A stretch of DNA of 32,000 nt from Nitrosospira multiformis ATCC 25196 (GTDB lineage: Bacteria; Pseudomonadota; Gammaproteobacteria; Burkholderiales; Nitrosomonadaceae). Below are positions 1-8,223 of the stretch, piece after piece. A program made the position numbers and the translations under genes. The notes under the pieces were generated by a model, which saw nothing but the letters and a program-made list of their open reading frames with translations, had not been told where the DNA came from and searched no databases. The stretch's first letter is position 1. Each line of letters opens with the position of its first letter. The DNA is taken from NCBI RefSeq assembly GCF_000196355.1, contig NC_007614.1, positions 2,340,001-2,372,000 on the forward strand, in the 5' to 3' direction.

Positions 1-430
1 CGGCCGGACCCAGACGTCGGTACCGACCGAAGCAGCGCCGCCGTTGTATAGTTGCACACAATACCGGGCTACGGACCAAGGGTCCTCCGACAACCAGACA
101 TAAAGGAACGCGGCCTCGCCGCACAGGCCATTGCCCCCCTGGTTGACGAGGTACGGGCTATCAAGCAGAAGCTCGAGGCGATCCGCCACGCTCGTGCGAT
201 CGAGGCCCGGCCACTTGCCCCGGCCCACCTGCCCCCGGAAACGATTGATCATCGTCTTGGCCTTGGCCACGGCTAAAGGCCGGTCGAGACGGGCGGGAGG
301 TGAGCTCCCTTTCGACGCAAGCCCATACACCAGCGAACCCACCGAGGCCGCCGCAGCCAGCGGCAGCAGATACTTGTCCGCGTAGATGGAGAGGGGATTC
401 TGAAAACCTGAGTAATTGGGATCGTTCATG
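1..430 (-). CDS. Papain-like cysteine-protease-like protein, 5' part only; ORF continues past the left window edge
   Basis: Manual reverse-strand translation from ATG at 430 is open for 143 codons to position 1: MNDPNYSGFQNPLSIYADKYLLPLAAAASVGSLVYGLASKG...LLLDSPYLVNQGGNGLCGEAAFLYVWLSEDPWSVARYCVQLYNGG... The Q-x5-C-G motif (Q at about 141-139, C at about 123-121) matches the papain Gln/Cys spacing. Not listed in the supplied ORF track. Confidence 0.6.
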
Positions 431-481
431 AACAGATTACCCGTGCGGTGCGGCCGCGTCGTATATATGAAATCGGGCAAA

Positions 482-1465
482 TCACAGCAGATCGTAGATG
501 GGCTGAAAGTAAGGGCCGACGGTATAGGGATACGGCGTAGACGATACCTTCTGGAATGGCACCGGCTGGATCATGTTCATGCGGCCCCCGTCGCCGTTCC
601 AGGCCCAGCCGAACACCGGCCAGTCCCTGGATTTTGCGTACTTGACGAGATCGGCCCATGGGGTCTTGCCGCCCGAGCCGTCGTCACCGAATTCCCCCAG
701 CATGCAACCCCGGCCCGTCGCCGCCAGTTCGTCGAGGTCGGCCGTGGTCATCGCCCGCTGCCTTGACAGCGAGAAGGCTTGCGGATAGACATGCGCCGAG
801 AGAATGATCTTGGGATCCTTAAGGGTCTGGCCGGACTTGCCGACGACGGCAAGAGCCGCGGTGTGCGCCTCCTGCCCGAAGCCCGGGAGGTCTACGATGA
901 TGGGGCCGTCGTAGACGCTGCGCACGGTGGCGATGGCCTGGTTGTAGCTCGCCGCATAGTCGTTGGGGGTGATGGCGTGGCCACCCCATTCGTTCATCAG
1001 GTTAATGGTGAATGCACCAGCCTTGCTTAAAGAGGAGTAGTTGGTGACCCACCAGGCTGCGGCCTTGAAGAGTTCATTCGGGTCGTCCATGAGCAGCTGG
1101 TCGTTGGTGAGGATCGCTGCGCTGTGAAAGGTCGCAATGACCGCGTACTTGCGGCTTACGGCCTCGCGGATCCAGCGCTCGGCAACCGCCTCCCGGCCCA
1201 TCTCGATCTCGATCCGCACCGACTTGATCTTGGGGTATTTCGCCATCAGGTTCCATCCCAGGTCGACGTCACCGTCGTAGTAATAGGACGGTTGCAGATT
1301 GACGCCGTTGCCGAGTCCCGCTGTGATCGCCGAGGCAACCCGACCGCCTGCAGTATACGGCGAGGACGGACTTTGAGATCCGGCGTAGCTTGCCATACCG
1401 TCGCCAGCGGCGGCATAGCCGCCAGACGGTTGCTGCAGGCTGCTGTAGTCATCGCCGCCGGCCAT
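482..1465 (-). CDS. Glycoside hydrolase family 5-like (cellulase/mannanase fold) protein
   Basis: Track ORF 482..1636 (TTG start); the more likely start is an internal ATG (MAGGDDYSSLQ...) at about 1465, just after the upstream stop. Contains GVNLQPSYYY, NLMNEWGGH (NEW acid/base Glu pattern) and MLGEFGDDG (GEFG nucleophile pattern), then WAWNGDGG. N-terminus is Ser/Gly/Ala rich with no clear signal peptide. Confidence 0.7.
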   Translation of the reverse strand: MAGGDDYSSLQQPSGGYAAAGDGMASYAGSQSPSSPYTAGGRVASAITAGLGNGVNLQPSYYYDGDVDLGWNLMAKYPKIKSVRIEIEMGREAVAERWIREAVSRKYAVIATFHSAAILTNDQLLMDDPNELFKAAAWWVTNYSSLSKAGAFTINLMNEWGGHAITPNDYAASYNQAIATVRSVYDGPIIVDLPGFGQEAHTAALAVVGKSGQTLKDPKIILSAHVYPQAFSLSRQRAMTTADLDELAATGRGCMLGEFGDDGSGGKTPWADLVKYAKSRDWPVFGWAWNGDGGRMNMIQPVPFQKVSSTPYPYTVGPYFQPIYDLL

Positions 1466-1470
1466 GGGGG

Positions 1471-3996
1471 TCAGGGGAGCGGATAGGTGGGCAACAAATC
1501 CTGCCGGTTGCGCAGATACACGAGTTCGGTGGGCACCACGATCTCCCAGGGAGCCCCCACGAACACCGCACCCACGGCATGCTTCATATTGTTCCCGCTG
1601 GCATCGGGGTAGGGTTTGTCGATAATGATCGTCCAAGTCGAATTGTCTCCGACAGTGGTCTGCTCCACCTTGACGATCCGGTAGACCTTGAAGTTCACCA
1701 GAATCTCGCGGTCGACGTCATTGTCGAGCGTCAACGTCGCCGGTTGGTCATTGATGAGATCCCAATAGAAGTTGCTGTCCGTCAGCGTCAGGGTGTCGCT
1801 GCCCTGCACCGCCGCGATCAGCCCCGGCCGGTCGTTGTAGTCGCATTGATCGGCTTCTTTCAGCTCCTGGATCATGGCCACGTAGTCATCATCGCCTGGG
1901 GCCGGCGGCTCGCCGGTGGCGCCCCAGATCTGGCCGGTCTTCAGGAACCAGCTGAACACCGACTCGAGTCCGGGCCGCACTGGAACCTGCACGCGCGCGG
2001 CGCCGGACATCAGAAACTTGTCGAACAGGAGATCCCCGGAGTCCTCATCGATCAGGTCCGCCCATTTGCACTTGCGCGCCCACATACTGTGGTAGAAGAG
2101 ATAGGTCACATATTCCCACTCGAACACCTGTTCGAAGAACTGGATCACCGGAGTGTCCTTTTCGAGCTGCTCGAAGTTGATTTCCGGGTAGCCGCAGGGC
2201 GCTACGCGTTCCATCATGGAACCGACGCCATTGAAGTAGTTGCACATCAAAATGGCGATGATATTGCGCTTGAATTCGTTGCGTTCGATCTCGCGATTGA
2301 GGAAGGGATTCCTGCCCTTGATCTGGAACAGCTGGTCATCCTTGTTGATGGTGGCGTTGTAGGCATCGAGCTTGCGGTTGTAGTCGGTCATAATCAAGTT
2401 GTAGATCTGCGCCTGCCATTTCTCGAAGGCTTCGTCGGTGAGCGTGCAGGTGATGCTGATGGAGCCGCTCAAGGACAACGGCAGGCTCGAAAATCCCGCT
2501 AGCGCCACGGTGACCGCGCCCTCCTCGCCCTTCATGGGCATATTGCCGGTGCTGACCCAGTTCTTGTTCGACTGGCCGCCGCCCGAAGCGAACTCGTTGA
2601 GCTCGTCGAACATCAGGCAGATATTCCCCACGTTCACCGATATCGCGGCCTGGTCGTCCTGGGGGGTGCTTAACGGGTGCCCGATGGAGCAGCGGATGTC
2701 GTAGTCCATCGCGGTGGCCTTGTAACCCTTGGGGATGTCCGGCGATTTGAACTCGTTGGACGAGAACGCCACAGTCTTCTCGTTGTCCGGTTGTGGCACA
2801 TTCTGGCTGAAAGCGACCTGCACGCACACCGTCGGATCCGGCGGCTGGACCTCATCCGTCGTGGCGATGCCGTACTGGTTGAGCAGGGCGCCATAAGTAT
2901 TGCGCAGGATCGCCTGCGGCGTGGCCTCGGGTTTCGGCGGCGCCTTCGCATTCTTGTCGCTGGCGAGCTTGAGCTCGTAGAGCTTCTTGAAGATTGCGGC
3001 CGGCTCCGGCACGATGACGTCGAACATCATATGCTTGCCGTAGTTGTAGACCTGGGCGTGGCTCACCTTATTGACCCAGTAATAGATCCCGGCGCGGTGA
3101 TCGGCGCCCGCCTGGGTATTGTCGATGGAATGCTCGTTCTTCTCCTCGACTTCACTCAATACCTTGCTGATCTGCAGCTTGCGCACTTTCTCCTCAACCT
3201 TCGAAACCGAGCGATCGACGAGATCCTTGGAATAGGAACGTGCCGTGCTCTGCGACTCCGATTTGGCGAAGTTCGCCGTCACGTTGGCGTGCGGTGTGAT
3301 AGTCACCGCATCACCGTATTTGACCGTGGCGGTCACGCCCGCATCGATGCCCACTTTCTCGTCGACTGTGCTTTTGACCTCGGATTGCAGGCTGAACTTC
3401 TCGTTGACCTCGTGATCGCGCTCTTCCGATGTGGTGGTGTCGGTTTCGGATTCCGTGGTCGACTCCGAGCGGGTCAGCGTGCGATGCCGGCGCAGCTTCT
3501 TCTCACCTGCGAGAATATTCTCGATGTCGGCGATATCGCCGGCCTCGAAGCGCGCAAGCTCCTCCTTGATGAGGAACAGATCGCCGATGTAGGGCTTCAC
3601 GCATATGCAGAAGTTGCTAGGCTTCTGGCAAGACTCGTCGCAAGCACATTCACAGGGATTGCGGCTGGCGGCGACAGCATCGGGCTTGACCGTGGGCAGC
3701 TGCATCTTGTTCGGCGTCTTGCAATTCTCGCTGCAGCGTCCCCTCAGGAGCCGTGGCGGTAGTAGAATCGGCTGGGTCAGGATGGCATTAAGCCGCGCCG
3801 CCGTGACGTCGGCGGCGACTTGATACCCTTGATCGGTGGCTTTCAGGCACAGCCGAATGAGGTTTCCTATCCGAATAAGCAGCTGAAAGTCGACGCAGTA
3901 GTGCGTATGCAGGAATCCGCGCTCGATGGCGAGAATGAGGTTGTCCGCATAATGGCGCCACTCATCCTCCGGCTTTGGCAGATCGCTGGATTTCAA
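1471..3996 (-). CDS. Large (841 aa) uncharacterised protein with a Cys-rich patch, a conserved PYIGDL..EE motif and a charged Thr/Ser/Glu-rich coiled segment
   Basis: Long uninterrupted ORF. Motifs CECACDESCQKPSNFCICVKPYIGDLFLIKEELARFEAGDIADIENILAGE and AGIYYWVNKVSHAQVYNYGKHMMFDVIVPEPA. Apparent TTG start overlapping the upstream stop. Confidence 0.8.
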   Translation of the reverse strand: MKSSDLPKPEDEWRHYADNLILAIERGFLHTHYCVDFQLLIRIGNLIRLCLKATDQGYQVAADVTAARLNAILTQPILLPPRLLRGRCSENCKTPNKMQLPTVKPDAVAASRNPCECACDESCQKPSNFCICVKPYIGDLFLIKEELARFEAGDIADIENILAGEKKLRRHRTLTRSESTTESETDTTTSEERDHEVNEKFSLQSEVKSTVDEKVGIDAGVTATVKYGDAVTITPHANVTANFAKSESQSTARSYSKDLVDRSVSKVEEKVRKLQISKVLSEVEEKNEHSIDNTQAGADHRAGIYYWVNKVSHAQVYNYGKHMMFDVIVPEPAAIFKKLYELKLASDKNAKAPPKPEATPQAILRNTYGALLNQYGIATTDEVQPPDPTVCVQVAFSQNVPQPDNEKTVAFSSNEFKSPDIPKGYKATAMDYDIRCSIGHPLSTPQDDQAAISVNVGNICLMFDELNEFASGGGQSNKNWVSTGNMPMKGEEGAVTVALAGFSSLPLSLSGSISITCTLTDEAFEKWQAQIYNLIMTDYNRKLDAYNATINKDDQLFQIKGRNPFLNREIERNEFKRNIIAILMCNYFNGVGSMMERVAPCGYPEINFEQLEKDTPVIQFFEQVFEWEYVTYLFYHSMWARKCKWADLIDEDSGDLLFDKFLMSGAARVQVPVRPGLESVFSWFLKTGQIWGATGEPPAPGDDDYVAMIQELKEADQCDYNDRPGLIAAVQGSDTLTLTDSNFYWDLINDQPATLTLDNDVDREILVNFKVYRIVKVEQTTVGDNSTWTIIIDKPYPDASGNNMKHAVGAVFVGAPWEIVVPTELVYLRNRQDLLPTYPLP

Positions 3997-4298
3997 GTAG
4001 CGACGAAGTTCTTGAAGTCCTCCAGTTTAAGCGGTCGCGCCTTGAAATTCAGCCAATTGTAGAGGGCAAGCACGACGGGGTTGAGCGATTTCGAGTCGGT
4101 GATCTCGTTGGTCTTGTTCGCCTCCCGATAGCGGTTCAGGAGCGCCGTATAAGCGCTGTCGCTGTCCGCATCCTTGAGGCTGTTGGCTAGCTTCGACAAC
4201 GTGGCATCAGGGTACAGGGGTAATCCGATCTGCTGGGCTTCCTCCGCGGCGATGGTTTGCACCGGCCGCAATAGCTGAAAACGCGTAAGCTCTATCAT
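3993..4298 (-). CDS. Small (101 aa) hypothetical protein, first ORF of the cassette
   Basis: ORF MIELTRFQLLRPVQTIAAEEAQQIGLP...LEDFKNFVAT; its stop overlaps the start of the 841-aa ORF (TTGA overlap). Confidence 0.55.
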   Translation of the reverse strand: MIELTRFQLLRPVQTIAAEEAQQIGLPLYPDATLSKLANSLKDADSDSAYTALLNRYREANKTNEITDSKSLNPVVLALYNWLNFKARPLKLEDFKNFVAT

Positions 4299-4762
4299 GG
4301 TCGCAACCCCCGATTATAGGATTAGGATCAATAGTGTCCGGCAATTTCCCAGACATTTCATTTATATAATAGGTTAATCCGCAATAGGAAATAGTTATGT
4401 TGGGGGATCAGTGATTTGAATATGAATTTTTGAGGAACAGAGGGTTTTTCACAAGGATACTGCACTCGACTGGGGTCAGCAGGACTGCGTTCTGCAGGAA
4501 AATTGATACGTCTCCTTTAATGTTGTCGTTTCGATAGCAGTTCTTTCAAACCATTTACACTCCCCTCTGCTGATGCGTTATTCCCAGCTTGTACTACCCC
4601 AGTCCGGATGACATTAGGTCGATGTCGATCCCGACCTGAATTTAATTGTTCTGTTGCACAAAGCTCCGCCTGAGCTTCACCGCTTCTGGTAATGTGCGTT
4701 ACTGTGCATATGACATAGTCGAATTTCCATATACACGAGGTATTTTCTGATGCGAGGTCCCG

Positions 4763-5132
4763 ATGGCTACTATAGCTTTTGAAACCTTCGTTGAGACGCT
4801 TCGCCATGACGATACGCTATCGATCTCGCCGATGCGCGTCGCTGATGCCCTGTCGCTCCCGTTGCAGCAGCTCGCGGCAAACTGCAGGCGTTCATCGCAA
4901 CACCGTGTGTTCACATCCAGAGTCACCGAAACTACAGCACTACCTGCGAGAAATGCTGCGGGTGATGTCGGCAGCGAGTGCCTCGCAATCCGATTTCAAT
5001 CGTGTACTTTTTTGGTTTAAAAATGTGCCGATCCCATCGTTCAATCACAAGACAGCCTTACAACTCATCGCTGAAGGGCGGACCGACGATGTCGTCGCCT
5101 ACCTAGAATCAATCCAATCGGGCTATGTCGGA
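4763..5132 (+). pseudogene. Frameshifted Xre/MbcA/ParS-type antitoxin (DUF2384-like toxin-binding domain)
   Basis: N-terminal part in the frame of ORF 4763 (MATIAFETFVETLRHDDTLSISPMRVADALSLPLQQLAA), C-terminal part in the frame of ORF 4779 (AGVHRNTVCSHPESPKLQHYLREMLRVMSAAS...LFWFKNVPIPSFNHKTALQLIAEGRTDDVVAYLESIQSGYVG). Frame changes at about 4874-4882. Confidence 0.7.
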
Positions 5133-5280
5133 TCATCTTGTCCAGCTTCAACGCGAGCGAACTCTATAGGACGCACACGCCACGATGGTCGTTCGCGCCG
5201 CTGAGTGCCGCCGGTGCTGCAGTGCAAGGCTGTCGATTCAACGTAAGGGTATCGAGGCTCTATATCTCAAAGGTCGAACG
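5123..5280 (+). pseudogene. Truncated, frameshifted RES-domain toxin remnant
   Basis: Three-frame pieces: MSDHLVQLQRER (from about 5125), LYRTHTPRWSFAPLSAAGAAVQGCRFN (5162-5242), RKGIEALYLKG (5242-5274). Joined, these resemble the RES N-terminus LYR...DPLSGxGAxxxGGRFNxKGxxALYLS. Located directly after the antitoxin remnant. Confidence 0.6.
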
Positions 5281-5329
5281 TGTTTTGGAACTATAGTGAA
5301 CCATAGTCGAGCTTACTGGATCAACATAC

Positions 5330-6196
5330 GTGATAGAAAAAACAACAAGTGGCTGGATCAACGGATTTATCGGAGTGACAATCTTTGCAGGGTCGCTGCC
5401 CGCAACCCGCGTCGCAGTCGCCGATTTCTCTCCCTCGTTTCTAACATGCGCACGAGCAACCATTGCCGCGCTACTGGGTTTGGCGCTCTTGCTCGCGCTT
5501 CAGCAGCCACGGCCAAAACTCACGGATGTTCCCGCTTTGATTGTGACCGCCCTGGGTGTCGTGGTTGGGTTTCCGTTGCTGACCGCATTGGCGCTGCAAC
5601 ACATTACCTCTGCGCATTCCATCGTCTTCCTTGGCATGCTGCCCTTGTGCACGGCCATCTTTGCCGTGCTCCGTGCGGGTGAGCGTCCCCGCCCGGCGTT
5701 CTGGTTGTTTTCGGTAGTCGGTGCAGCCTTCGTTGTCGGCTATGCGGCGATGGGAGGCATCAAGGCATCGCTGCAAGTCGATTTGCTGATGCTGGCAGCC
5801 GTCATCGTGTGTGGCCTAGGATATGCGGAAGGCGCCCGCCTGTCCCGCACGTTAGGAGGCTGGCAAGTCATTTGTTGGGCATTGGTGCTGTCGTTGCCGG
5901 TCATGTTACCCATCACGTTACTGACGATGCCCTCGTCGTTCAGTCATGTTGGGATGCCGGCGTGGATCGGCCTCGGCTACGTCTCGCTGTTCAGCATGCT
6001 GATTGGCTTTGTGTTCTGGTATCGCGGCTTGGTGCAAGGTGGTATCGCGGCAGTCGGACAGCTTCAGTTGTTCCAGCCTTTCATGGGGCTTGGCCTGGCT
6101 GCCCTACTGCTGCACGAAAAGGTGAGCTGGGTGATGTTAGTGGTGACGCTGGCGGCCGTGGGTTGCGTCGCAGGTGCAAAGAAGTACGCCACATGA
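5330..6196 (+). CDS. EamA/DMT-superfamily transporter
   Basis: 288 aa with about 10 hydrophobic segments and typical EamA repeats (AVGQLQLFQPFMGLGLAALLLHEKVSW). Confidence 0.85.
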   Translation: MIEKTTSGWINGFIGVTIFAGSLPATRVAVADFSPSFLTCARATIAALLGLALLLALQQPRPKLTDVPALIVTALGVVVGFPLLTALALQHITSAHSIVFLGMLPLCTAIFAVLRAGERPRPAFWLFSVVGAAFVVGYAAMGGIKASLQVDLLMLAAVIVCGLGYAEGARLSRTLGGWQVICWALVLSLPVMLPITLLTMPSSFSHVGMPAWIGLGYVSLFSMLIGFVFWYRGLVQGGIAAVGQLQLFQPFMGLGLAALLLHEKVSWVMLVVTLAAVGCVAGAKKYAT

Positions 6197-6261
6197 CTCC
6201 CTACGAACATTGGGAGGTCTGCACTCGTATCCCGGCGGCTTGCCTGCGAGCGTTCGGATAT

Positions 6262-6440
6262 CTATGAGCGCTCAAATTCTGCCAATGCACTCATGATGTG
6301 AAATATCAGATTGCCTCGTGCTGTCGTGGGGCCGATGGTTCGTGTCGTCGAGGTACCGAAAGTTGAGGAGTGCGTAAGACTGAATTCTTGTAGAGTCTGA
6401 AGCGCCCCAACAAGATCTCGGACCCGGCCGAGCATTTCCT
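6262..6440 (-). pseudogene. Serine recombinase (resolvase/invertase) fragment
   Basis: The C-terminal part of ORF 6262..6645 reads LGRVRDLVGALQTLQE...TTRTIGPTTARGNLIFHIMSALAEFERS, the resolvase TT..GxLxFHIxxALAEFER motif. The catalytic N-terminus and DNA-binding domain are absent. Confidence 0.65.
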
Positions 6441-6604
6441 GATGCTGCGCAGGCTCCACGGGATCCGCGACGCCCAGCGATTCGAACTTCCTTTGGCAAT
6501 ACTGGATCAGGAGCTGCATGCCGCGGGAAGCGCGCTCGGCCTTACCCTGCTCGGCCAGTAAGTGGATGTCGACCCGTGTCAGCAGTGTTGAGCTGCAGGA
6601 GTGA

Positions 6605-6892
6605 TTAATCTCTATCGAGTTCGAGGAGCTTGCCGTCCTCGCCAACCTTGATCTCGATCTTCGAACCGTCGGCTTTCCTCACGTCGGCTTCATAAAGCGA
6701 GATTCTTTTGCCGCCGATCTTTTCGGTTTCTTTCTCGATTTCCTCGATTTTTCCGCCCTCGGCGTTTTCGGTTATTGTTTTCTGCACCGCTGGCGGCACA
6801 TCAGCCCAAGGAATCTTTTTATCGGCAAAAGCGGACTTTGCAAAGAAGATTACAATCGGAATGGCAGCGGCTGCCAGCATGTTCCTTTTCAT
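6605..6892 (-). CDS. Small exported PepSY-like protein
   Basis: MKRNMLAAAAIPIVIFFAKSAFA signal peptide, then ADKKIPWADVPPAVQKTITENAEGGKIEEIEKETE...YEADVRKADGSKIEIKVGEDGKLLELDRD. Confidence 0.65.
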   Translation of the reverse strand: MKRNMLAAAAIPIVIFFAKSAFADKKIPWADVPPAVQKTITENAEGGKIEEIEKETEKIGGKRISLYEADVRKADGSKIEIKVGEDGKLLELDRD

Positions 6893-7119
6893 TTTTATCC
6901 CCATGTTATTAAGAAAGTGGCAAAAAAGCATCATTTGTATTTCTTAGCTGGGCTATCAACATAACAGGTCAAGTCTGTGCAATACCGCACGTACTCAAAA
7001 CTCCACCACTCTTCACGCCAAGTCCTACGATTCGTTCATGCATCTCCTGGATTATTCCGAGGTTCCATTGATCTGCTTGGGTTTCCAGGACCATTCCGAG
7101 AGTTAGTTTTCGGCGCTGG

Positions 7120-7963
7120 TTAAACCCGGGCAAGGCTTGAAAGCCCCGCCCGGTGTGCAAATTCGGCTGGCGACAGGTCATTGAGAGTCGAGTGAGGTCG
7201 ACTCTCGTTGTAGTCCCGTCGCCAGTCTTCGATGATCGTTTTGGCCTCTTCCAGCGTTTCAAACCAGTGCAAGTTAAGACACTCGTCCCGGAATGATCCG
7301 TTAAACGTCTCGATGTGGCAATTGTCCGTCGGCTTTCCTGGCCGGCTGAAGTCGATCCGTGCCTGGTGATGGTACGCCCAGAGATCGAGCAACTGCCCCG
7401 AGAATTCGCTGCCATTATCGACAAAAAGATATTGAGGAGGACCCCGCCGCGGCCAGTCGATTTAACGTAGCGACCACATGGTCGCTTCGCAGACGCTGAC
7501 CCACTTCGATTGCCAATGCTTCCTTGCTGAAGACATCCACAATCGTCAGCGTACGGAACTTCATCCCGTTGGCCAGTTGGTCCGCCACAAAGTCCATGCT
7601 CCATGCTTCATTGGGTTTGGTCGGCTTGATCTTCGCCTGGCGTCTCACGACCATCTTGCGGCGCCTGGGCAGCTTTGAGCGAAGCTGTAGCTGCTCTTCG
7701 CTATAAAGCCGATACATCTGGTTTTTACCCAGCTGCCAGCCTTCACGCTTGAGAAGCACGTGGATGCGCCGGTAACCATAACGCACCCGTGTCTTTGCAA
7801 TCTCCCGCATACGCCCTCGCAACGCCTGCTTCGGATCCTTGATGCTCCGATAGTACTGGACGCTGCGCGATTGCTTCATCAACCTGCAGGCCCGCCGCAT
7901 GTTCAGGTCATGGTGGCTCACGATGTAGTCCACCACTTCGCGTTTCAGCGCGGGCCGGGCCAC
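7120..7963 (-). pseudogene. IS3-family transposase OrfB, frameshifted
   Basis: 7415..7963 (MARPALKREVVDYI...NEAWSMDFVADQLANG...) and 7120..7392 (LLDLWAYHHQARIDFSRPGKPTDNCHIETFNGSFRDECLN...) are two parts of one DDE transposase. The bridging FVDNGSEFSGQ is in the second frame. One-base frame change at about 7437-7445. Confidence 0.85.
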
Positions 7964-8223
7964 TTTTTTGATGCAACGTCCTGCAGGATCGCCCGGTCCA
8001 GGCTCAAGTCGGCTACCAGCTTCTTGAGCCGCCCATTCTCTTCCTGCAACTGCTTGAGCTCCCGCACCTGGTCCGACTGCATCCCCGCGTACTGCTTCTT
8101 CCAGCGGTAGAACGTCTGTTCCGAGATTCCCACCTGCCGGATCAGATCCGCCACCGGCATCCCAAGCTCCGCCTGCTTTAATACCGCTACGATCTGTTCT
8201 ATTGAAAACCGCTTCTTCTTCAT
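7945..8223 (-). CDS. IS3-family transposase OrfA
   Basis: MKKKRFSIEQIVAVLKQAELGMPVADLIRQVGISEQTFYRWKKQYAGM...LQEENGRLKKLVADLSLDRAILQDV; HTH plus leucine-zipper-like tail. Confidence 0.9.
   Translation of the reverse strand: MKKKRFSIEQIVAVLKQAELGMPVADLIRQVGISEQTFYRWKKQYAGMQSDQVRELKQLQEENGRLKKLVADLSLDRAILQDVASKKWPGPR

Noticed and set aside
1390-3762. Plus-strand ORFs of 370 aa (1390..2502) and 361 aa (2677..3762)
   Set aside because: They lie antisense to the continuous 841-aa ORF. Their composition is typical of reverse-frame shadows, with no domain signal.
4300-4760. Possible IS end or structured RNA in the AT-rich gap (e.g. GTTCTGTTGCACAAAG)
   Set aside because: The short IS-like phrase was not supported by a matching inverted repeat or a convincing fold, so no feature was called.
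4517-5020. 96-aa minus ORF and 85-aa plus ORF as independent genes
   Set aside because: The plus-strand 85-aa ORF is the N-terminal frame of the decayed antitoxin, and the 96-aa ORF has no supporting motif.
5185-5776. 165-aa plus ORF 5185..5682 and 101-aa minus ORF 5471..5776
   Set aside because: The first carries only a short RES remnant, then runs out of frame through the EamA gene. The second is antisense to EamA.
6969-7604. 211-aa ORF MEHGLCGGPTGQRD...
   Set aside because: This is a wrong-frame reading across the frameshifted IS3 OrfB. The recognisable transposase motifs lie in the other frames.
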